57,580 nucleotides of DNA from Vicinamibacteria bacterium. GTDB taxonomy: Bacteria > Acidobacteriota > Vicinamibacteria > Vicinamibacterales > UBA8438. Both the position numbers and the translations under genes were made by a program. Location of the stretch: contig JAJEEA010000236.1 of NCBI GenBank assembly GCA_022821235.1, forward strand, positions 1 to 57,580. The letters are read 5' to 3'. Each line of letters opens with the position of its first letter. Within the stretch, counting starts at the first letter, position 1. The notes beneath the pieces are model-generated. The model made no database searches. It was not told the DNA's origin and was given only the letters and a program-made list of their open reading frames with translations. Below are positions 9,452 through 19,689 of the stretch, in pieces.

Positions 9452-11029
9452 TCAGGGCGTACGGCAGACGAAGTTCCCGGCGTCGTCGGTGCTCCCGCTG
9501 CCCGTGTACACCGCCTGCTGCGGATACGGGAAGAGCGGCCGGGTGCGGTCCACCGCCCCGTCGCGCACGCGCGACGCCAGGATGCTGTCCGGCGCCTCGC
9601 CCCGCTCGACCCACGCCTCGAGGGCGGTCACCATGTCGAACTGGCTCGGCCCGGCCCCGCCGCCGCAGTGCCCCATGCCGGGGGCCATGAACAGGCGGTA
9701 GTGGTCGTGCACCTCGTCGGCGTCACCGACGGCGTCCACGACGCGGCGGTAGTACTGCGTCGCGTTCCCCGGCGAGATCTGCGGGTCGGCCCAGCCGTGG
9801 TAGGAGATGAGCCTGCCGCCGCGGTCGAAGAACGGCTTCAGGTTCGGGTCGAGGGCGTTGAGGGTGTCGTTGTCGACCTCCTCGGCCCGCACGATGTCGG
9901 TCTCGAAGTTGAACTGGTCGACCGTCCACTCCGGGTCCGCGAACGTCAGGTAGCGGAACTGCTCGAGCCCGGTCGCCCGCGCCGAGCGGGTCCAGCCGAG
10001 GTCCGTCCAGCCGAGCTCGCTGCCGGGGAAGAGCCCCGTGATGGGGCGCCCCGACCGGGGGTTCTCGGGCGACGAGTAGAGCATGCGCGCCGTGTTCACC
10101 TGCGCCGACGACAGGCAGCCCTCCCCCTGGCCGTCCGCGCACTGCAGCACCGCCGGGTCGAAGTCGCAACCCTCGGGATCGCCGACCACCCCGTCGGTCA
10201 CGCCGTCGCCGGCATCGCACGCCTCGAGGACCGCGCCGTGCACGAGCTCGCGCAGATCGGCGGTGAGGCGCGCCGCCTCGTTGGCCTCGAGCGGCTTGGC
10301 CACCCGCAGCGACCCGCCGGCCCGGCCCGTCCAGTCGTTGCCGGGGGCCCCGGCGATGATGCCGTCGAAGTGCTCGGGGTACCGCTGCGCCGCCTTCAGG
10401 GCCTGGCGCCCGCCGGCCGAGCAGCCGTTCCAGTAGGTGTACTCCGGCGCCCTGCCGTAGTAGGCCTCGATGGCGGCCTTGGCCATCACCGTCATCTCGC
10501 CTATCGAGCGGTAGCCGAAGTCGATGACCTTCTCGGGGTGCCCGAGCCCGAAGCTCGCGGTGTTGCCCTCGTGCCCGGTGTCGGTCGAGCTCGAGGCGTA
10601 GCCGCGGGCGAGGGCGGCGGCCATCGAGTTGTGCCGGATCGACCCCGTGAACGCGCCGTTGCCGACCGCCTGGTACTTGCCGTTCCAGTCGGCCCCCGGC
10701 ATCCACACCTCGACCTTGATGTCGGAGTCGTCCGACGGCGCCAGCGTCGCCTCGACGCGGCAGAAGCTCGGCAGCCCGCCGTAGGTCGCCCGCGTCCGTG
10801 CGTTCTGGGGCCCCGGGGGCGCGAAGGCGCCGGCCTCGACGAGGGTCGCGCCGGTGATGGTGGTGTTCGGCAGGGCGAGCGACATCAGGCTGTCGCAGCT
10901 CGCCATCCCCCCGGCCGACTGGGCGGCCCCGCCGGCCGCCTCGGGGTTGGCCGTCGCGGCTACGGTCGCGACCGCCGCCAGCGCCGCCGCCGCGGCGGTC
11001 GCGGTGATGAACGTGGGAAGACGTCTCAT
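9452..11029 (-). CDS. Tannase/feruloyl esterase-family hydrolase, secreted
   Basis: WNGCSAGGRQ nucleophile, YHGWADPQI, PGMGHCGGG; signal peptide. Confidence 0.93.
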   Translation of the reverse strand: MRRLPTFITATAAAAALAAVATVAATANPEAAGGAAQSAGGMASCDSLMSLALPNTTITGATLVEAGAFAPPGPQNARTRATYGGLPSFCRVEATLAPSDDSDIKVEVWMPGADWNGKYQAVGNGAFTGSIRHNSMAAALARGYASSSTDTGHEGNTASFGLGHPEKVIDFGYRSIGEMTVMAKAAIEAYYGRAPEYTYWNGCSAGGRQALKAAQRYPEHFDGIIAGAPGNDWTGRAGGSLRVAKPLEANEAARLTADLRELVHGAVLEACDAGDGVTDGVVGDPEGCDFDPAVLQCADGQGEGCLSSAQVNTARMLYSSPENPRSGRPITGLFPGSELGWTDLGWTRSARATGLEQFRYLTFADPEWTVDQFNFETDIVRAEEVDNDTLNALDPNLKPFFDRGGRLISYHGWADPQISPGNATQYYRRVVDAVGDADEVHDHYRLFMAPGMGHCGGGAGPSQFDMVTALEAWVERGEAPDSILASRVRDGAVDRTRPLFPYPQQAVYTGSGSTDDAGNFVCRTP

Positions 11030-11118
11030 GGTCTGGGATCCTCGCTAGCTAAGGACGGGACACGGGTTGCCGACTGAGCTCGGACGCGGGCCGCTCCAGC
11101 CTTCGCGCCCGGCATGCG

Positions 11119-11194
11119 GCAGGACGATGCCCGTCACCCGTCCTGCAGCCCATGGTGAAGCCCCGCTGCATCGGAGCCATGCGAGGCTTCACCA
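11119..11194. terminator. Two tandem hairpins downstream of the 11211-12200 gene
   Basis: GCAGGACG/CGTCCTGC (11119-11146) and TGGTGAAGCC/GGCTTCACCA (11153-11194). Confidence 0.4.
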
Positions 11195-11210
11195 CGAGCC
11201 GTCAGGTCAG

Positions 11211-12200
11211 TTACTGGCCGCCCTCGGCCTCGGCCCTCTCCAGCACGCGGGCGCCGGCCATGATGCCCTCCATGCCGATGTTGCCCTCGTGGCAGGCGTA
11301 CTCGAACACCGGGTCGGTCGAGTGGCGCAACGGGATCATCGCCGTCCACGGCGCCGCCCAGGTGTCGGGATCGGTCACCGTGACCTCGTACCGCAGCACG
11401 TCGTCGCTGGCCCGGGTGAACCGCTCGAGCACGTGCAGCTTTTCGCCGGCCGAGCCCATCACCGAGGCCTCCGGCGCGTAGTTCGTGGTCTCGACGACCA
11501 GTGTGTCGCCGTCCCAGTGCCCCCGCGAGTCGCCGTGCAACAGCCGGACGCTGTCGTCCACGTGGGGGGCGTCGGTCAGCGGAATGACCCGCGGCCCGCC
11601 CATCTCCTGGTAGAGCACGACGTGGCTGGCGCTTTGGAAGATCTGCAGGTAGCTGTTGTAGCCGGCGCCCAGGCGCGGCGCCCCCCAACTGATGCACCGC
11701 TCGCCGAGGCTGCGGTCCTCCGGCCCCCACGCGTGGCGCGCCCGCGCCTCGGCCCGCGCCGCCGCCCGTGCGTCGGCCGCCTCGGTGCGGGCCGGCAGCC
11801 GCCCGTCGGGCGGATCGACGATCAGCGAGGTCCGGTTGTCCCAATCGCGCTCGACCATCCAGAAGTGGTTGTAGTTGCCGGTCGCGCGGTCGCGCGACGA
11901 GAACGACTCGGCCTCGGCCAGGGCCGCCGCAAACACGCTGTCGCCGAAGGCGGCGTCGCCCGCCTCGTCGTTGAACAGCTCGCCGGCACGCGCCTGCAGC
12001 GCCGCCACCTCCTCGTCGGTGAGGGTCTCGCGGTCGCCGAGCACCTCGGGCCGCTGCAGCGGCGTCACGTTGTTGTTGGCCCAGACCCCCTGCAGGTCGG
12101 GGTGGCCGTCGGCGGTCCGGGCCGGCGCCCACTCCTGCCCCGCCGCCACCGACGCCGTCGCGAGCACCGCCACGACGAGAACCAGCGCTTTCAGTCTCAC
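11211..12200 (-). CDS. Secreted hypothetical protein ('PDLxGVW...YACHEGN' family)
   Basis: GTG 12200 with GAGGAG RBS; signal peptide; RTADGHPDLQGVW, GDSRGHWDGDTLVVETTN, FEYACHEGN; paralog at 19690-20580. Confidence 0.85.
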   Translation of the reverse strand: MRLKALVLVVAVLATASVAAGQEWAPARTADGHPDLQGVWANNNVTPLQRPEVLGDRETLTDEEVAALQARAGELFNDEAGDAAFGDSVFAAALAEAESFSSRDRATGNYNHFWMVERDWDNRTSLIVDPPDGRLPARTEAADARAAARAEARARHAWGPEDRSLGERCISWGAPRLGAGYNSYLQIFQSASHVVLYQEMGGPRVIPLTDAPHVDDSVRLLHGDSRGHWDGDTLVVETTNYAPEASVMGSAGEKLHVLERFTRASDDVLRYEVTVTDPDTWAAPWTAMIPLRHSTDPVFEYACHEGNIGMEGIMAGARVLERAEAEGGQ

Positions 12201-12478
12201 GGCATCCTCCTCTTCCCGAATGCGGACGCGGCCCGACGCCCGTCCGCCATGTCTCTCGTGTCGGTCAGAATACCACCGGACGCCAGCCGGTTCACGCGTT
12301 TCCGGGCCCCGCCGCATGGCCGTCCGGCCCAGGCCCACGGTCTTCGCGGTGGCGTCCGACGCCCGACCGGCCGTGCCCGCAGACCTGCGGCCCTGCCGGC
12401 CGCTGCCGGACCCCAGTGGTCGTCGCCCTAGGCCGTCGCCAGCCGCTCAACCGCACCCGCCGGTTCCCCGCGGACAGT

Positions 12479-12561
12479 AGCCCGCCCATCGCCGACTGCG
12501 GCTCCGCTTGGCGCCCAACCAACCCTGCCAGGAATCTGCACCGTTCTTCGGCACACGCCTA
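12479..12561. repeat. Dispersed ~80 bp repeat, copy 1
   Basis: 12481-12517 matches 19601-19637 at 32/37 nt; shares CGCCCAACC, TCTGCACCGTTC and ACGCCTA blocks with 24782-24866. Confidence 0.65.
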
Positions 12562-13518
12562 CCGTCCCGTGTCGAGCCATTCCAGCATGCGCGGGGTGAC
12601 GAACTCGGGCGCCTGGTTGTGCGGCCCGTGCCCCACCCCCGGCAGGACGTGGATGGTCAGGCCGCCTTCCACCCGGCCCCAGAGGTCGTTCAGGGTCTCG
12701 TTCAGGAACGGCCCGCTGTCCTTGCCGTAGATGAACAGGGTCGGCGCCTGCACCGGCGGGAACGCGTCCATGGTGAACCCGAAGCCCTCGGTCTCCGCCG
12801 TCACCGGCGAGTACGGCCAGTTCGCCTTGTAGAAGTTCACGATCGACTCCGCGTAGAGGCGCTCGTAGGCCTCCGCCCGCAACCGGGCCAGCTCCGGCGT
12901 GTCGCCCGGCCGCGCCCCGCCGCTCCGAATCCTCGCCCCGAACTGCGCGCCCGCCTCGGGGTTCTCCTGCATGTTGCGCTGGAACGTGCTGGCACGTTGC
13001 TGGTCCGGATTGTCGATGAGCTCCCGGATGAGCCCCGCCGGATGGACCGACCCCAGCGAGATCAGCCGCTCCGTCCGCTCGGGACGGGTCATCGCGAAGT
13101 GCCAGGCGTGGAGGCCGCCGCTGTCCTGGCCGACCACGGTGGCGCGCTCCTCGCCGAAGTGGTCGATGATCGCCTCGATGTCGTCGGCGATGCGGGCCGA
13201 CGCGTAGTGCTCGACCCCCTCCGGCTTGCCGCTCTCGTCGGTGCCCCGCGTCGACATCGACACCACCCGGTACGCCTCGGCGAGCGCCACCAGTTGGTGC
13301 CGGAAGTCGAACCACGGCCCCGTGATGCTGTGGACGAAGATCACGAGGGGCCCCTCGCCGGCGGCGTGATAGACGATGTCGACCCCGTCCGAGTCGACCT
13401 CGCCCTTCTCGAACGTGGCCGACCGTTCCATCCAGTCGGTGAGGGTCACCTGGGCGCCGGCTTCGACCGGGGCGAGACCGAGGAAACCCGCGAGCAGCGC
13501 TGCGCAGATGATTCGCAA
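12559..13518 (-). CDS. Alpha/beta hydrolase (epoxide hydrolase-like)
   Basis: GEGPLVIFVH, VGQDSGG (Asp nucleophile position), GVGHGPH; signal peptide. Confidence 0.85.
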   Translation of the reverse strand: MRIICAALLAGFLGLAPVEAGAQVTLTDWMERSATFEKGEVDSDGVDIVYHAAGEGPLVIFVHSITGPWFDFRHQLVALAEAYRVVSMSTRGTDESGKPEGVEHYASARIADDIEAIIDHFGEERATVVGQDSGGLHAWHFAMTRPERTERLISLGSVHPAGLIRELIDNPDQQRASTFQRNMQENPEAGAQFGARIRSGGARPGDTPELARLRAEAYERLYAESIVNFYKANWPYSPVTAETEGFGFTMDAFPPVQAPTLFIYGKDSGPFLNETLNDLWGRVEGGLTIHVLPGVGHGPHNQAPEFVTPRMLEWLDTGR

Positions 13519-13573
13519 ACCAGAGACTCCGTTTCTCCGCCCGCATGGGCGGGTCCAGACCGTTCCGGGAATA

Positions 13574-14866
13574 CTACGTCACATCCCGCCGCCGCGGACG
13601 CCGTCGCCCGACACGGACCCGCCGGCGACTCCTGGCCGAGGAAGACCGCTCTCGGCCCGCCGCCCGCCGGATCGTGGCCACGAATCCGCCGGTGACCGCG
13701 AACTCCGGTTCCGGCAGGCCGGCTCCGACGCAGCGGCGGATCATGTCCAGGGTGCCCGTGCCCATGCGCTCGATGTACTCGCCCAGGTACAGCGACTCGG
13801 CCCGCAGCGGATTGCCGGGCACCGATCGGTGGGCCTCGCGCAGCCCCTCGAGGGTCAGCAGAGGCGGCAGCCGCCCGGGGTTGCGGACCTCCGGCCGGTC
13901 GGAGAAGAGCATGACCTGCACGCTGCCGTTGTCCGTATAGTCGCGATGGGCGACGGCGTTCACGATCGCCTCGGTACGACCTCGGGCGGAACTTCGTAGG
14001 TCCTGCGCGCCCGCGCGCCCTCCGCCCGTGTGCCTATCGACCGGTTGATCTTGCTCAGCACGAAGTCCACCGCCTGGTCGACGAGATCGAACGCGGCGCC
14101 CTTGTACACCTGATAGGACGGAATCGGCTTGGCGACCTCCGTCCCGTGGAAGTGCGCGCACCTGACCTCGGACGAGATCAGGAACCGCTGCGGCGTCCTT
14201 CCCGAACAGCAGGACCGCCGCGTTCGTCAGGCGCCCGCCGTTCAGCAGGTTCAGATGCTCCAGCAGTCGCAGGGGCGGCGTCCCCTCCGGCAGCGGGAAC
14301 TGACGGGCGTGGCGGGCGGCGCGGATGAACTGCGCCATCTTCTCCGTGTCGAGGTCGTCCATCGTCGCTCCGGCGCAGGGCGCCGCGTCGAACGGCCCCC
14401 ACCGGATCAGCTCCCTGCTCTCCGGATACTCGACCAGCGCGGCGTAGAGCCCCGCCACCAGCTCCGCCGTGGTCCCGAATCGCTTCCGGACCAGACCGGC
14501 CTGCGCCCTGCCGATGAGCGCCCGCATCTTCGGATGGCGGGGACCGCCGCCTGCGTCCTTGACGAAGACGAGACGGTACAGGCCGACCCCGGTCGCGTGA
14601 TCGGACTCCCGCTCCGTCGGCGACACGCCTTCGCCGTCCTCGGTGCCGTAGTCGTTGCCGAACAGCCCGACGTACACGTCGCACCGCTCGACTTCGCCCA
14701 GGTAGAGCTGATCCGGCCGTCGATCCAACGCAGGAGCGTCCTCGAACAGGAACACGTCGAAGAACCGGCGCATCAGCACGTCGTCGCGAACGTAGTCGCG
14801 CAACGCCGCCCGCTCCGAGGCGAACTCGCCCTGCACGCTGCTGATGAAGATGCGGAGGGGAATCAT
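13574..14866 (-). pseudogene. DUF4062 + RecG-C-like ATP-binding domain protein with two compensating frameshifts, apparently truncated at the C-terminus
   Basis: RIFISSVQGEFASER N-terminus; EAIVNAVAHRDY, NPGRLP, IERMGTGT; the family-like segment TPQRFLISSEVRCAHFHGTEVAKPIPSYQVYKG...YEVPPEVV lies in another frame between ~14200 and ~13975. Confidence 0.7.
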
Positions 14867-15040
14867 GCCGTACGCCCTGTCACGGCGTCCTTGCGCAACC
14901 CGTCGTCGAAGAGCGCAAGCCGCCACCGGTGAACCGGCAGCACCACACGCGCGTGACGGCGAAGCGCGGCCACAACGAACGGCACCTCGCCGGGCTCTCC
15001 GATGAGGCCACCGCGCAGGAGTCCGGGTCGATCTACGGAC

Positions 15041-18000
15041 CTACTCCTTCCCCGGCGCCGCCGGCCCCAGGCCCAGGTCGCGGCCCTTGTCGACGGCGGG
15101 CACCCCCTCGGCCATCCACCGCGGGGCGGGGGCGTCGAGCAGGTAGTGGTCGAAGAACTGCTGCATGCGGGCGGCCCAGTCCTCCTGGTTGGCCTGCCGG
15201 CGCAGGCCGTGCGCCTCGCCGTTGTAGTTGAGCATGAACACCGGCTGCTGCAGCCGCCGCAGGGCCACGAACAGCTCGATGCCCTGGTACCAGGGCACGG
15301 CCCCGTCGTCGTCGTTGTGCATCATCAGCAGGGGCGTGCGCACCTTGTCGGCGAAGAACAGCGGCGAGTTGTGGATGTAGCGGTCGCGCTCGTCCCACAG
15401 GGTGCCGCCGATGCGGCTCTGGGTGCGCTCGTACTGGAACATGCGGCTCATGCCCGTCTGCCAGCGGATGCCGCCGTAGGCGCTCGTCATGTTCGAGACC
15501 GGGGCACCGGCCTCGGCCGCCGCGAAGAGGTTGGTCTTGGTCAGCATGTACGCGATCTGGTAGCCGCCCCAGGAGTGGCCCTGCACCCCGATGCGGGCGG
15601 GGTCGACGAAGCCCCGGCCGAGGAGCTCGAGCACCCCCGGCACCACCGCGTCGAGGGCGCTCTCGCCCGGGTAGCCGATCTCGTAGGGGATGTCCGGCAC
15701 GAACACCACGTAGCCGCGGCTGGCGTAGAACGAGAACGCGATCGACGAGCCCCCCGGCGTCGGCGCCCGGTAGTCGTGCAGCCCGTCGGACATGCGCTCG
15801 TAGAAGTAGACCATCAGCGGGTATTGCCGCGACGGGTCGAACCCGTCCGGGGTGATGAGGATCCCCTCGAGACGTGCGCCGTCGTTCGAGGTCCAATCCA
15901 CCAGCTCCGCCGTCCCCCAGGCGTACTCCGCCTGCTGCGGGTTGGCGTCGCTGAGCCTGCGCTTCGCCCCGAAGTCGGCGTCGCCCGTCCACAGGTCCCC
16001 GAACGTCCCGAAGCTCTCCCGGGTCCAGAGAAGCTGTTCGGCGTCCTCGGCCTTGGCCTGGAAACGGAATCGGAAAGGCTCGGACACCAGCGCGGTCGCG
16101 CCGCCGGCGCCGTCGGTGGATCCCCGGGCGTAGCCGCCGGCCCGCGTCCTCTCGTCGAAGGTCGAGAACAACAGGCCGCCCTCGGCGAGGGCGGGCTCGT
16201 CGTCGGTTCGCACGAGCCGGTGCCGGACGCGGCCGGCCCGCCCCGACGTCAGCCGCACCGCGGGCTCGGCGCCGGCCGGGTCGAGCCGCCAGGCGTCGTA
16301 GCGGTCGTGGACGATCAGGGCCGCGTCGCCCTCCAGCCACTGCGCCCCCCCGTACGGCGACGGCCCTTGGGGACGGTCGTTCAGCTCGTCGTGGAACGCC
16401 TGGGGGATGCCCCCGGTCAGGCTGACCGCGGCAGCCGAGCCGTCCACGGGGGCGGCCTTCCAGTCGCGGTCGCCGTCGTCCCACCAGTAGGCGTAGGCGC
16501 CGCCCGGCGACAGGACCACCCCGCGCCCCCCGCGCACGCGCTCGGCGAGCTTCCGCCGCTCGCCGGTTCGGGCATCGACGGCGTAGGCGTCCCGGTAGGT
16601 GCCGTCCCACGACAGCTCCTGCCGGTACGGCACGTCCGTCGTCCCCAGCAGATGGTCGGACTCGCCGTCTCGCGTCCGCCTCACGTCGGGCATGTCCGGC
16701 GAGCCGAGCTGCACCACGCCGTCGCCGTCGCGCGGGGCTACCGCGAGGTACGAGCGCTCGCGCTCGTCGTCCAGGCGCACGAGCTGCATCGGCTGCAGGT
16801 AGGGGTCCTTCCAGTTCCAGACGTCCAGCCGCACCTCGTCGCGCTCGAGCGGCGCCTCGTCCGGCTCGGGGGCGGGCCGGGGCGCGGTCCCGAAGAAAAG
16901 GCGTCCGCCGTCGTCGGAGAACGACACCTCCCCGTGCTCGCTGATCCACCAGCCCGCGGGCACGCCGGCCGTCGTCGTCGTCGCCACAAGCGCCGCGGCG
17001 GCGCCCGCGTCGGAGCGGTAGAGGGAAAAGGCCGGCTGGTCCCGATCCCATTCCGCCGCGTCGCTCACGAAGGCGAGGCTGCTCGCCAACTCGTCGAAGG
17101 CGATCTGCCGGTAGTGGCCCTCGCCCTCCATGACCGCGGCCGCCGTCCCGGTCTCAGCGTCGACCCAGTGGATGCCGTCGCCGCCTTCCTCGTCGGTCGA
17201 GGCGGCGTAGGCGAGAGAGGTTCCCCTGTCCGCCACCCGGTAGGACACCGCATCGGGGAACGTGAACTCCTCCCCCGTGTCGAGGTGACGCAGCACGAGC
17301 GGCGTCCCGGCGTCATTCTCGTGGCGCTTCTCGTACTCCGGCGAACGCTCCTCCTCCGCCTCCTCCGCTTCCCCGGCTTCCTCGCCGCCGGCTCCCTGCT
17401 CCCCGCCCTCCGCCTCGCCGGCCTCCCCGTCCTCGGCCTCCGCGGGGTCCTCGGACAGGTGATAGGCGATCCACGATCCCCCGTCCTCGGGCACCTGGAA
17501 CGACTCGATGGGCCCCGCCGTGAACTCGGCCTCCGCGCCCTCCGGGGACGCCTCGATCGCGGCGAGCGAGAGCACCCCCAGAGAATCGCCCGGCAGCTCG
17601 TCGCCCGACTTCCCCTCCCGGCGCAACGCGTCGACCTCCGCCTGCGGCGGCGGCACCCGGTACGCCACGTGGCGCGAGTCGCGGGTGAACACGGGGCCGC
17701 GGCCCCGCACCCGCCTCGACGCGGTCCCGTCGGTGCGGGACACCACCAGCTCGGGGTCGCCGTCCCAGGGCTCCACCACCCAGGCCGCCCAGGCGCCGTC
17801 GGCCGAGATGCGGGGGCTGCGGACGGTGTTCCAGCGGTAGGTGTCCTCGTGGTCGAGGGCGGGCCTGGGGTCGGGGGCCTGCCCAAGGGCCGGAGCACCG
17901 ACCGACAGCGCCACCGCCGCCGCCGCGGTCAGGGCCCACGCCGTCGCACTCGGCCGAGACGACCGGTCGAGGACTGCCGCCGCCGCGATCCAGATCGCCT

Positions 18001-18055
18001 TCCGTAGCGAGCGAGTCCGCTCGGCGGGCCGGCCGTCGCAAGAGATCGAGGTCAT
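15041..18055 (-). CDS. S9 prolyl oligopeptidase-family peptidase, secreted
   Basis: GHSWGGY nucleophile, HNDDDGAVPW, GEAHGL; N-terminal propeller-like region; start at ATG 18055 approximate. Confidence 0.9.
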   Translation of the reverse strand: MTSISCDGRPAERTRSLRKAIWIAAAAVLDRSSRPSATAWALTAAAAVALSVGAPALGQAPDPRPALDHEDTYRWNTVRSPRISADGAWAAWVVEPWDGDPELVVSRTDGTASRRVRGRGPVFTRDSRHVAYRVPPPQAEVDALRREGKSGDELPGDSLGVLSLAAIEASPEGAEAEFTAGPIESFQVPEDGGSWIAYHLSEDPAEAEDGEAGEAEGGEQGAGGEEAGEAEEAEEERSPEYEKRHENDAGTPLVLRHLDTGEEFTFPDAVSYRVADRGTSLAYAASTDEEGGDGIHWVDAETGTAAAVMEGEGHYRQIAFDELASSLAFVSDAAEWDRDQPAFSLYRSDAGAAAALVATTTTAGVPAGWWISEHGEVSFSDDGGRLFFGTAPRPAPEPDEAPLERDEVRLDVWNWKDPYLQPMQLVRLDDERERSYLAVAPRDGDGVVQLGSPDMPDVRRTRDGESDHLLGTTDVPYRQELSWDGTYRDAYAVDARTGERRKLAERVRGGRGVVLSPGGAYAYWWDDGDRDWKAAPVDGSAAAVSLTGGIPQAFHDELNDRPQGPSPYGGAQWLEGDAALIVHDRYDAWRLDPAGAEPAVRLTSGRAGRVRHRLVRTDDEPALAEGGLLFSTFDERTRAGGYARGSTDGAGGATALVSEPFRFRFQAKAEDAEQLLWTRESFGTFGDLWTGDADFGAKRRLSDANPQQAEYAWGTAELVDWTSNDGARLEGILITPDGFDPSRQYPLMVYFYERMSDGLHDYRAPTPGGSSIAFSFYASRGYVVFVPDIPYEIGYPGESALDAVVPGVLELLGRGFVDPARIGVQGHSWGGYQIAYMLTKTNLFAAAEAGAPVSNMTSAYGGIRWQTGMSRMFQYERTQSRIGGTLWDERDRYIHNSPLFFADKVRTPLLMMHNDDDGAVPWYQGIELFVALRRLQQPVFMLNYNGEAHGLRRQANQEDWAARMQQFFDHYLLDAPAPRWMAEGVPAVDKGRDLGLGPAAPGKE

Positions 18056-18612
18056 TGGAGTCTCCCAGGCATCGTGTATCGTCGCTCGCCCGGCGCGACG
18101 GCCGGGCCGACGCCCTCTCGCCACATTCTCTACCGCTTCTCCCCACCGCTTCCAGCCGAACGGTGAAGCGCCTCGTCCCCGGGTGCCCGTGACGAGAGCT
18201 CCGCTGCATCGACCGGCGATGCAGGGCGCGGGGCGGCGGCGCCGGTGGACTGGTTGTGGTCCGCGGTCGCTCGCGCCGACGGCGCGGCGCGCGCCCTCCC
18301 GCGGGGCGTCTTCCCACTCAACGTCGCCGACGCCGGTGCAACGCCGGATTGCGCCCGCCTCGAAGACCCGCCCCGGGCGCGCTCCAGCGTCGAGGCAACC
18401 CGGCCAGACGCGGCCCGCCCAGGAACTTGCGGCCGGCTGTGTCCGTCTCCATTCTCCAAGGGAGGCATACCGAAACCCGCGGCGCACCGCCCGAGTGGAT
18501 CGGCGCGGACACCGCGCTCGCCGCCACCGCCCCGACGGCTGGCGGCCGAGCCGCGACCCCGCAACCGGGACACGGGTCGGCGCGGCCACAACAGACGCGA
18601 GGAGCGTGGAGC

Positions 18613-19434
18613 ATGGTTCCAGCAGCGACGAGACCAGGCGGCAGGACGTGGAGAGGGTTGTCGGCGGCGCTGGCGGTGGCGGCGGTGGCCGCGCTGCCGG
18701 CGGTGGCGGCGGCCCAGCAGGCCGGAGCCGCCCCGGACTTCCAGTGGCGGGGCGACCTGGCGGCGGGCCAGACCGTCACCATCCGCGGCGTGAGCGGATC
18801 GATCACGGCGGCCCGCGGGAGCGGCGAGGTCGTGGTGGAGGCGGTCAAGACGGCGCGCCGCAGCGACCCCGACGACGTGACCATCGAGGTGATCGAGGAC
18901 GCCGAGGGCATCCTCGTCTGCGCCGTCTATCCGTCGGGGTGGTTCCGGCAGAACCGCTGCGCGAGCGGCGACGCCTACCGCATGAGCTCCCGGAACAACG
19001 ACGTGAACGTCGCGTTCACCGTGTCCGTCCCCGACGGCGTGCACCTGAACGCCCGGAACACCAACGGCGTCGTGCGCGTGTCCGGGCTGTCGGGCGACGT
19101 CAGCGCCACCACCGTGAACGGCAACATCGAGGCCGAGAGCGCCGGGGTGGTGTCGGCGAGGACCGTCAACGGGAGAATCGACGCGACCGTGGGCGCGTCT
19201 CCCCGGGAGGACCTGTCGTTCAGGACCGTGAACGGCCGCGTTCGCCTCGCCCTGCCGGCCGAGGTCGATGCCGACCTGAGCCTCCGAACCGTCAACGGCG
19301 GCATCGACAGCGACTTCCCCGTCGACGTCCGGGGCCGCTGGGGCCCGCGCTCGGCGTCGGGCCGGCTCGGACAGGGCGGACCCGACATCGAAGTCTCGAC
19401 CGTCAACGGCGGCATCGAGGTGCTGCGCCGCTGA
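18613..19434 (+). CDS. DUF4097-like beta-strand repeat protein
   Basis: Signal peptide; repeated T(V)NGxI/V units (NTNGVV, TVNGNI, TVNGRI, TVNGRV, TVNGGI twice). Confidence 0.8.
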   Translation: MVPAATRPGGRTWRGLSAALAVAAVAALPAVAAAQQAGAAPDFQWRGDLAAGQTVTIRGVSGSITAARGSGEVVVEAVKTARRSDPDDVTIEVIEDAEGILVCAVYPSGWFRQNRCASGDAYRMSSRNNDVNVAFTVSVPDGVHLNARNTNGVVRVSGLSGDVSATTVNGNIEAESAGVVSARTVNGRIDATVGASPREDLSFRTVNGRVRLALPAEVDADLSLRTVNGGIDSDFPVDVRGRWGPRSASGRLGQGGPDIEVSTVNGGIEVLRR

Positions 19435-19598
19435 CTCGCCGCATCGACGCCCCGACCGTCACAGGCGGGCGTCGAGGTGCCCCCTCCCGCCCACCGTGGG
19501 ACCCGCGCCGCCCCCATTGCGCGCCCGGCGCTCCGGCGCGGCAGGTCGCTCCGCGCCGGGGACGCGTGGGCGGACGAAGGTGGCGGCGTGCCGACCCG

Positions 19599-19671
19599 AG
19601 CCCGCCAATCGTCGCCTCCGGATCCGCTTGGCGCCCACCAACCGCCGGGAGTCAGCGCCGTGCTACGGCGC
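19599..19671. repeat. Dispersed ~80 bp repeat, copy 2
   Basis: AGCCCGCCAATCGTCGCCTCCGGATCCGCTTGGCGCCCACCAACC...; aligns with 12479-12555. Confidence 0.65.
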
Positions 19672-19689
19672 GGGCTCCTGGCCCGCGGG

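Noticed and set aside
17340-17450. Low-complexity GA-rich stretch in the S9 peptidase
   Set aside because: Encodes an ordinary Glu/Gly/Ala linker, not a separate repeat element.
15002-18007. Long antisense ORFs (also 136-1113, 37220-39655, 40027-43056, 53814-56090)
   Set aside because: They mirror motif-bearing genes on the opposite strand and have no motifs; expected from stop-codon scarcity at this GC content.
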